In this document: piece after piece, positions 38,762 to 49,900 of the stretch
Numbering within the stretch: position 1 is the first letter of the stretch
Layout of the letters: each line of letters starts with the position of its first letter
DNA from: Octopus sinensis
Lineage: Eukaryota
Length of the DNA: 64,000 nucleotides
Direction: 5' to 3'
Assembly (NCBI RefSeq): GCF_006345805.1
Contig: NC_042999.1
Span: forward strand, 115,258,001 to 115,322,000
The notes under the pieces: model-generated
What the model was told of the DNA's origin: nothing
The model's database searches: none
Seen by the model: the letters and a program-made list of their open reading frames with translations, nothing else
Position numbers and translations under genes: made by a program

Positions 38762-40861
38762 CATTCTTCTTCCTTAAATACACATGACTAGCATAAAAGT
38801 TTCTATATTTGGAATAGTAGCAAAATCTTTCTTAAATTATATCCTAACCCTTGCTAGCACGGAAAACGGATGTTAAACGATGATGATGATAGCACATTGT
38901 ATAATGCAGTAACAATAAACAAGCTTTTAAGGCTGAAGTGGTGGTTAGCCCTGTGAGTCCTATAATAGTATTCTCTGGTTTACCCTATCCTCTACATTCC
39001 CCTTCTCACCAGCCTTCTTGCCTTCATTTCCTTCTATAATCTTTAGCCTTGTTTTTCTTTATATTCTCCTTCCACTTTTCCCAGTTATCTTCCTTAGCAT
39101 ATGACACAGCCTCTCATCTTCAGAGTATCCATCACTGACTTTAATTCCCACGACCCTGAACTAGTTGTCTCATCGATATCTTCTTTATGCTGTTCCTGAA
39201 ACATACGTTTTAGTTCTCAACTGATGGTGTCTACCTCCAATCAAAGTCTGATGACTGGTTCTTCAATTAAAGTTCAAAATTAGGATAAGGAAATTTACAT
39301 TTACCATCAGAGATATATTTTTACTGATAATGTAACTATCTTTTCAAAATCTGTAGAAGCTTTACAAAACCTTGTGAACAGATTCTCTGGAGTTTGCAAT
39401 GTATTTGATATTACATCAGTCTCATGAAGACTCAAATCCTGAGACAAAGCACAGCAATACCTTCTTGCATATGATGACAGTCCTATTCTGAAATACCTGC
39501 TTTATGGTGACTGTCATCTGGGCTAAGAGGTGAGCATTACTGTAATGCAGTGATAGGTGAAAGAGACTAACACTTACCCTGTCCCTTAGAAGCAATCACA
39601 AGCAACAGGTTTCTATGGAAACTTGGTATCCTATGGATTAAGAAGTAGAGAAGGAAACCTTCATTAGACCTGAATGAATAAAGCTAGCAAGAAGAAGTTA
39701 TGTCTTCTCATAGAAAATTCACATGCAACACTAAGAAACATCAGTCGTTATTAACTAGATTTTTTAACTTCGTAGTCATATCAGAAAATGTTCTTTCTCA
39801 GCCATCTCTAAAATGGTGCCCTGCATTATTTGCCATCATTTTAGTATAATTATATTTGATAGTTGTTAAATAACACCTCCTCCTTTTTGATTATTTATAT
39901 TCATTAATATCAAACAGTTTTGTACACATTTCTGACCTGTCACTGATTTCTACTGTATCTGTCCTTCTATTTCTCTATTACAGTTATCTTTCATTTTCAT
40001 CATTATCACTTTATGTCTGCTTCCCATGCTGGCATGAGTTGGATGGTTGTAAATCAGTCCTTATTTGGAGTTCTGCCTGCCTAGATTAGTTGTGGACCGC
40101 ATCTCACTTGTCTGTTTCTTTTTCTAACATAGTTCCTAATGCTAACCATTTCACAGAATGTACTGGATGTATGTTATTGTGACACCAGCACTAGAGAGGT
40201 TGTCACTTGCTTGGCAAGAGTAAAAGTTCTTCCCAACCATACATTGAATGTTTCTGTCTTGTCTTTTTTAACTGGTGGTACCTGTAAGTTGTCAGAGAAG
40301 TATTAAGAACATCATAGATCACTATTGCTGAGAACAGTAATTGAGCCCAAGCAACATATTGTTGCTTGGATTATATTGTCTTGTACACCATCACTACCAT
40401 CATATCATCATCTTCATGTGTCAGATTTTAATGCTGATATATATATTTGATGAGGCATCAAGAGCCAGGTTAGTTCTTTGGAGTAACTGGTTTTGTGTGT
40501 GTGTGCACGATGTGCTTATGCAAGAGTATGGCTGTGAGTATATCTATGTGTTTCATGCATGAGTGTATAGCCCTGTGTGTGTAGTGGACTGTCTCTGAGT
40601 GTATATATACAGGTGTATGTGTGATATTTATGTTAGATCTTTTGTGTCTTTATCATAATCTTCATCATAGTTCTCATGCTCACCCCTCTATACTTGCATG
40701 TGTTGGAATGGTCTCCTTCATAGTATCCTGTTGTTTTTTTTTTGTGGTCCTTAGTCATCTTTTTCATGAGGATAATCAGCTTTTTAAGTTTAGCCATTAA
40801 CTATATTTAGAAGTTATATTTACTTCTTATAATTTGTTTCCTTTCTGAAAAAAAAATATAC

Positions 40862-40907
<46 letters not shown>

Positions 40908-40930
40908 ATGTGTGTGTATGTATATATATA

Positions 40931-40975
<45 letters not shown>

Positions 40976-43900
40976 TTCCAAATTAATTAATTTATTTTGT
41001 TTTGATTGTAGATTTTAATTGATTCCGGTGAACTTTTATCTGATGAATGTTTGGAATCTGCTGTCATAGACATTACTGGTTTGCAGAATCAAGACAGTAG
41101 GTTGCAGAGTATCAAATCCTTAATACTACGTCATTGCAAAAACCTTAATTCTTCTGTTGCTGAAAGACATCCTGTTACATTAATTCTTGACAAGGTAATT
41201 GTTTTGTATAATTGGTCCGTTAAAGTATTGATTGAATTTTCTAATGTAAATTCTTTCTGCAAATGAAGTTCTAATGTAAAATGCAATATCAAAACAAGGT
41301 TATCTAGACAAGTAAAAAGCTAGAATTTGGGGACTGTTCTAAGTGCTTTGTCACAAAAAAATAACTCCATCATCGTCATCATCATTTAATATCAATGTTC
41401 CATGCTTGCATGGGTCAGACGGAATTTGTTGATGCAGATTTTCTATGGCCAGATCCCCTTCCTTGTTGCCAAGTCTCATGTGTTTCCAAGTAAGGTAACA
41501 TTTTCCCATGATCAGGCATGTCTTAGGAGATTGGAAACAAAGAACACTGCTTGTATGATAGTGACACTCACAATTATCACTTACACACCCATGCACGCAA
41601 AGGGATGTTACATGATAGTGAGTTAATGATTTTGATTCTCAGGCTAACTATGCTTTGTGTTCTTGAGCAAAACACTTCATTTTATGTTGCTCCAGTTCAC
41701 ACAGCTGTAAATAGGTAACACTGATAAAGTAGCCTTTAGATTGGGGAATGTTGGCTTGCTCACCTAGCCAGCATGGTGGCATCACACAAAAGCTAAAGTG
41801 ATGCAAAGTGCATTGTGACCAGCAATGTATAACAACATTTGATAGTCTGGTCAATACCATGATATATGTTTATATCACATGATCACGTGACTGACCAGAC
41901 TATCAGATGTTTCACATCACTGATCACAATGTGCTTTTACATTGTTTTAACCTTCAAATGATGCCACCCTGCTGGCTAGGCAAGCAGGCTAACATTCTCC
42001 CTCGATTGAAAGGAGGACTGGAGTAACAGGAAACAAAGAGTTTTGCTCAAGAACACAATGTGCCACCCAGTGAGAGAATTGAACCCAAGATCTGGTGATT
42101 GTGAGTGCAACAGTCTAACCAGTAGGCCTCACACCTTCACATATATATGTGTGTGTGTGTGTATTAATAACACCTATAAGCTGGTGCTTTTTCCATCCAC
42201 CAAAGTGAATGGAGCCTTGGCCAGGAGGAACTGATGTCATCAGACGTTATCCAACGTTCATTGGGTGTTTCAACCCTGAACCATAACACCTTCCCATTGG
42301 TGGGTCAGTAGAGGTGACCAAGTCATTGCTCCTCATCATCTCCTGGCTCCCAGCTTAACTCTTCTCTCTTAGTCCAAAGCCAACAAGAGGCTCTTTCAGC
42401 TGCCTCTCCCATCCTGCGCGCAGCCACCTTTCACTCCTTACCTCTCATTCCAATTGCTGTAAGCATCCTCCATTCTGACTGAGCAGGGAATATTTTGTAC
42501 TAATGAGTATATGTTGATTAGTGTCTTAATGTATTGAGTAAAGCACTGGCATGGTTTGGGCTACCTGGTGTCATCTGCAGTTGGGGTATATTTCCGTTGA
42601 ATCTACTTCATGAATTCTGCAGTGTTAGTTGAGATAATAATAGTTGATTAAGTAACCAGAAAATGGATTTGGTATTAGTCTTTATTTTGTACAATGATTG
42701 TTTCAACCTATCCTGCTACTGTCCCTTATGGATGGGACTCTGTACATTATGTTGTGTTGCATCCATTTTGCAGTCTGGGGTTACATCAGGTACATCCATT
42801 ATATAAAGTGGTGTCTCACTAAAGATCCTTAGCAAGACACCACTTTATGCAATGGATGTACCTGATGTAACCCCAGACTGCAAAATGGATGCAACACAAC
42901 ATAATGTACAGAGTCCCATCCATAAGGGACAGTAGCAGGATAGGTTGAAACAATCATTGTACAAAATAAAGACTAATACCAAATCCATCTTCTGGTTACT
43001 TAATCAATGGCCTGAAGCTATAGTAGAAGACATTTGACCAAGGTGCTGTACAGTGGAACTAAATCCATAACTGTGTGGCTTAATCACAGTCATTTTTTAG
43101 TCTATAACCATGCCTGCACCTAACTTACCAAAAATTTATCAAATATCGTCAACTGAAGTTGAAGTGGGTTTTGTTTTTTACTTCCCTTTATGATTTCTAG
43201 TTAAATTTAAAAGCATGAAAACACTGATAATATAAAATTACTGGCACTTTGTTATTGTTTTTGATTTCTCAATTAAGCTGTTTGCAGAGGTTTCACTATT
43301 CTTATTGTTTTGATTTTATTCATCCTTTGTAGGAAATTCAACATCTTCCGTGGGAAAACATGCCCATTTTACGAAAGCAGGCTGTTACACGAATACCATC
43401 TTTATATTACCTTAAGATTCAAAAGAAATTTCTACATAACCAAGGTTCGATCCTCACTGATGGTATTGATAGATCAAATACCTACTATGTACTTAACCCT
43501 GATGCAAACTTGCAGCATACACAGGAAACTTTTAAAGATTGGTTTCAAAGGTAAGACATCAGTCTTTTCATGAAATTAATACTTAGTTCTGTGTTATAAC
43601 AACTAATTCAATCGTTTTGAACTAGATGGTTTAATGAAACAAAACATGCTGGCTTCAAAGTGTTCAAGAACCTTTTGTTCAGTTGCATTCCATGAACCAG
43701 TTTAATGATGACAAAGTTACTTGTTTTACTAAATCTCATTGAATTCTTTATTGTTTTTGAAATTAATTGAAATACAAGCATTGTACTTCATTAGAAATTG
43801 AGTCAGCAAAGGATTAAGGGTCACAAGATGTTTGACTGCTGAATTAAAATGATTCATGGGGTTAGTATTTGACTACTAGCTCATGCCTAAACATTTTTTA

Positions 43901-46900
43901 ATCAACAATTTCTTAAGTAAATATTTAAATTTTCAGAAATATTCCATCTCTGCTAAAAGTAAAAATTTCTGTAAAACTAAGTGGGTGGAACAAAAATGAT
44001 TACCATTTCTGCAGAATTACCAATATGTAAAAAAATAACTGTCTCTTATCAAAATCCATTGGCATTTATTAATAAGAAGAGGATTTCCCTTAATGAAGTT
44101 ACATTATTATGATTGTTGATTCTTTGCAAGATTTCTTCTTAAAAAAAACTAAACATAAGTGCAGATGTGGCTGTATGGTAAGAAGCTTGCTTCCTAACCA
44201 CATGCTTCTGGGTTCAGTGGGCAAGTGTCTTCTTCTTTAGCCTCAGGCTGACCAAAGCCTTGTGAGTAGATTTGTATCGTATATAGAAACTGAAAGAAGC
44301 ATGTTGCACATATTTGTGTATGTGTGTTCCCCACCACTACTTGATAGGCTGTGTTGGTGTATTTATGTCCCTGTAACTTAGCAGTTCAGCAATAGAGATC
44401 AATAGAATTAGTACCAGGCTTAAGATAAAAACCACTGGGGTTGATTTATTTGACTAAAAATTCGTCCAAGCTGTACTTTAGCATGGCCTTAGTCTAATGA
44501 CTGAAACAAATAAAAGCACAAAAGGATACATTTGATAGGAATGTCATTCAAACTTTAAACTGGATCATTTTCTGTCAGCTTTTATTGATATCAGTCAGAA
44601 CAAATATTTACACAAATCTGATATCATAACTGTAAGCTCACGTATGAACTTATATTTGTGAAAGTTCATAATTTCTCTGCCTCAGTTATTTTCACATTAG
44701 CATTTACTCTTTGTCTGGTCCCAGCCAGTGGTTTCTGGCCATACTGGGGAAGTTGTCATCATTATTTGGTGCCATCATCATTGTTTTAATGTTCACTTTT
44801 CTGTACTCACACAAGTAAATAGAATTCATTGAGGCAAATCTTCTAAGTGGATGCATTCCTGTTGCCAACACTCACCCGTTTGCAAGCAAGGTAATATTTT
44901 CCCAAGGCTGGTCATGTTTTTATGGAAAATTGGAAATAGACTCTGCCTATGTGACAGTGGTGCTTATTAACAAATGTCACATGATGTCAAGACAAGGAGA
45001 CAAGCATACACTCACACATGCGCACTTGAGTGTTATCATCATCATCATCATTTAATGCCTGTCGTCCATGCTGGCATGGGTTGGATGGTTTGACCAGGGC
45101 TGGTAAGCTGGAAGGCTGCACCAGACACCAGTCTGATTTGGCATGGTTTTCTATGGCTGGATGCCCATCCTAACACCAACCCCTCTGAGTGTGTAATGGG
45201 TGCTTTATGTGCCACTGGTATGGATGCCATTTGCATGACACCAGTATCTTCCACGACTGCAATTTTGTGCTGCTTGATGGGTCTTCTTCTCAAACATGAC
45301 ATAATGTTAAAGGTCTTGGTCATTGCCTTTGTAAGGTCCAACACTTGAAAGGAATTGTGTATGTATATATTTATGTGTGTATGGCAGATTTCTATCTACC
45401 AAATTCGCTCAAAAGGTTATAGTAGAAGACACTTGCCCAAGGTACCTCACAGTGGAGCAGAACCTGAAACTGTGTAGTTTGGAAGTGAACTTCTCAACCA
45501 CAAAGCTATACCTGCACTTTGTACTGCAATATGTACTGCACTTTGTACTGCTTCTATAATATATACTCGTGATTTACACATTTGACAAGTGTCATGGTGT
45601 GTTATTAAATCCTTGGCAAACTAAATTTGCAATCTAATTTAATTTCATTGCCAAGCAGCTTCACTACATCAGTGTCATTAATGTTTTTGAAAGTGCATAA
45701 ATACCATAACATTTGTCTATTCTGCCATTAAAGACATCTCAGGTTGCTTAGTTATAAAAGAAACCACTAAGTTGTATATAACAAATTAAGCAAATATTTT
45801 TCTTACTGTCCATTTTTGATTGTCATTATTTCAGCATTCCTGACTGGGAAGGTGTTGTGGGGCAACCACCGACTGCCGATCAATTTATATCAGCCTTAAC
45901 TCAAAAAGATGTCATGATGTAAGTAAAGTCAGTTTCACTATTTCATAAATTGCACATGTTCTGACTTAATGTTGATCTTTTGATATAACTTAAGAAGTTT
46001 GTGACATTAGAAACTTATGATGATGCCTGTTGGAAGAAGATGTAAACATCAGGGATAAGACAATGCTTTTGAGTCTCCTCCACAAATATCATGTATAGTA
46101 TTTATTCCACTCAAGTTGCACAGATGCTGCCTTGTTATCATCATCCTCATCATCATTTAATGTCTGTTTTTCCTGCTGACACAAGTGTTGGACAGTTCTA
46201 TAAGATCTGGTGAGTTGCAGGACTGCATTGGACTCCATTGTTAGCTTTGGCATGATTTCTACAGCTGGATGCCCTTCCACATGCCCACCACTTTACAATG
46301 TGTACTGGAAAAGAAAGCATCATACTCAGTAACAAAACAGGCAAAGGAATATATATGTGAATTCCAAATACAACAAATTCCAGGATTAGATGTACTAGAA
46401 ACAAGTACAGAAAAAGCTAAGCGTTTGAAAACCCGTGCTAAAACTGCTGCCTTAGATATTCTTATTGATAAATGGCAAGAAAAACCTCTCAACAGCAAAT
46501 ACCCAAAGAGAGTTAATAATGCTGATGTTGACAAAGCCCTTACCCATCAATGGTTAATGGCTTCTGGCTCAAAATCAGAAACAGAAGGGTTTATCATAGT
46601 AGCCCAAGATCAATGCCTACCTACAAAAAACTATCAGGCCAACATATTGAAGAGTGGCAGCTTCCCAACATGTTGTGTATGTCAACAACAAAATGAAACC
46701 ATTGTTCATATTGTCTCCATGTGCAGTCTTCTTGCACCTATAGTACATCTCAACAGGAATGATAGAGCAGCACAATATATTCACTGGGTAATTTGCAAAA
46801 ACCTGGACCTGCCCCATGATAAAAACTGGTGGGAACACAAACCACTTCCAGTGCTTGGAAATGATCACATTTCATTCCTCGGGAACTTCACCATTCAAAC

Positions 46901-49900
46901 TGACAGAAAGATAGATGCAAATAGGCCAGACATTATATTGAAAGACTGCAGACAAAAATCATGCCTGCTCATTGATATGACTGTCTCAATTGATATTAAT
47001 GTATCTGTCAAGACCTACCAAAAACTGAGCAAGTATAAAGACCTTGAAATAGAAATTGGCAAATGTGGAACCTGAAGACTAAAACAATACCTGTTGTCAG
47101 GTGCCCTAGGAATGATAGCAAAAGGGGCTGATTGTTTCTTAGCTCAGACACCAGGAAACCCCAAAATGGCAGAAATTCAAAAAATAGTGCTCATTGGAAC
47201 TGCCCATATCCTATGTAAAATACTGTCTATGTAATCTCAAATTTTAAAGTAAACTCATAATTTTCTTATGTTTTCTTAAACATTCTCTAGAACAACACTA
47301 TGTACAAAACCAAATATATGACACCCTACGCATAACACCAACATGAATGTCTAACTTGTTGTCTCTTGAGTTTTCTGGGTGAGACTTGGAGCCAACCTGT
47401 ACAAATACAAAGCAAAAGTCAAACATATAATGATAATATTAATGTATGTGTGTGTCTGCCATAATCTCTAATATTTCATTTTTCCAGATATTGTGGTCAT
47501 GGCAGTGGCAGTAAATACTTACATGGCGATCACTTACAAAACTTAAACTGTCATGCTGCTGCTATATTAATGGGATGCAGTAGTGGCTATATGGAAGCAA
47601 AAGGTGTCCTTGATGAATGTGGAATGATTACCAACTACTATTTGGCATTCTGGTAAATCTTACATTTCTCCTTTCTTCATTATCTATTACGATTATAATT
47701 TCTCTTTTGTCTGTGTTGGTTTATTTTTTTAATTTTACTCTTTCTAACCCCTTTCAACCGTGAAGTCCATTATAATCAAATTAGGTCATAAAATTCCTAA
47801 TGAAAACTCTGTCTGCCATCTCTAGAGCTGCAGTCACCAAGCATTTTTGTGCTATAGACTGGTTTCATGCAAGACAATTTTTCCCTGGACTGGGGGCTCA
47901 TGTGTATAACAAAGGACAATAAGGTGCATAATATATAAGTTAATTATTACAAATATGATACATATATATTACATATATAATACAAAAGCACCCTGCAGAT
48001 TGTGATAGTCAATAAAATACAAATATAATATAAAAGTTTATTCATTCTGTGCAGCCCAGTACCAAATGACCCACAGCTCAGTACTGGTCCATGGTCTACT
48101 TCAAAGTAAGTTAGGTTGGTGGAGTTCATTACACCCCAAGCTGTATTTTAAACCACACTCTGCAAGCTAATGAAACACTTGTCAAATAAAACTAGGGAAT
48201 TGCTATGTGGTTGCTTGACCTGCTAAAAATAGCTGCCAAATTCCAGTCAAATTTCATCCCCTAGCATCGTAAAAATCATATGGATATGCTACAAAGGTAA
48301 AGGTGACGTTTAGATACAAATAATTACAGAGGTATCAAGTTGTTGGATCAAGTAATGAAGGTCACTAAGTGGGTCATAGCCCAACTAGTTAAGGAGAGTC
48401 AGTTTAGACGAGATGCAGTTTGGGTTTGTGCCAGGGAAAAGCACCACTGATGCTATATTTCTGGTAGGACAGCTGAAGGAGAAATACCTAGCCAAAGATA
48501 AACCTCTGTACCTGGCTTTCGTTGACATGGAGAAAGCCTTGGACAGGATCCCCCAATCCCTTATCTGGTGGTCAATGAAGAAACTAGGGATAGATGAATG
48601 GTTAGTGAGAGCTGTGCAAGCCATGTACAGAGATACTTTCTGTAAGGTGAGGGTTAGCAACGAGTACAGTGAAGAATTCTGGGTAGAAGTAGGGGTTCAC
48701 CAAGGTTCAGTCCTCAGCCCCCTCCTATTTATCATAGTCCTCCAGGCAATAACAAAGGAATTTAAGACAGGTTGTCCCTGGGAGCTCCTCTATGCTGATG
48801 ACTTTGTTCTAATTGCTGAGTCACTATCAGAATTAGAGAAGTTTCAGGTGTGGAAGCAAGGATTAGAATCAAAGGGCCTTAGAGTCAACCTAGCTAAAAG
48901 CACCCACTACACCCTTGGAGTGGTTGGCGTTAGGAAAGGCATCCAGCTGTAGAAACTCTGCCAGATGAGATTGGAGTCTGGTGCAACCATCTGGTTCACC
49001 AGTCCTCAGTCAAATTGTCCAACCCATGCTAGCATGGAAAGTGGACATTAAACGATGATGATGATGACGATCTGTAATGTTGTCCTAGATACACTGAAGA
49101 AAATGATTTGGTTATGAAGGCTGGAATGCCATTAATCATAGGACTTCCTCTATCTGGGTTGACCTGAGGCTAAGCAGCAATAATAACAGTGTTTATTTTG
49201 CATTCAGTAGTCAGTCTTTTTCATTACAGCTAGGTGGATGGAACTTATGGGTTTTTAATATCTTGGCTGTAAACATAATATAGTATTCTCCCATCAGTCA
49301 GCTAGTGACCATTTGCCCAATTTGACTCCCTCTTTTCAAACAGCTACAAACTGTTGTAGTTTTAAAAGAACTTGTCAATACACCAGAGAATTCTTCAGTC
49401 ATTGGTTTTAAAGTCCAGATTATAATTTAAGATTAGTCAACAAAGCCAACTTCCAATTAAATATTTACTACTATTATTACTTTGAGATACTGATGTATTT
49501 TTGAAGAGTGTGGAACAACCTCTTAACCACAATTGTTCCCAAGTCTACTCTGACCTGGAGTAGTAGTGCCTGTCAGGGTCCCATCTATCGGTTAATTAGC
49601 ATATTAGGGTTTGCCTATCTATGCATGTGAAGATTGGATCTAGTGGACTCTCCGGAAGAAACCTTCATGGTTCAGCAGAGAGAGATCGCAGATGAGAGAG
49701 TGAGGTTGACAGTGCACAACTCTTCTTTACTTTAACCCTTTAGCATTTAAACCAGCCATATCCGGCACAAATATTCTACCTGTTTTATACTCAAACCAAC
49801 CAGATCTGACCTGTCACACCTACTCTACAATGTTATTCTAAAAATATACAATCACATCATCAAAGTTTTGAAGCTGTCAGATAATGCATGATTAATTCAT

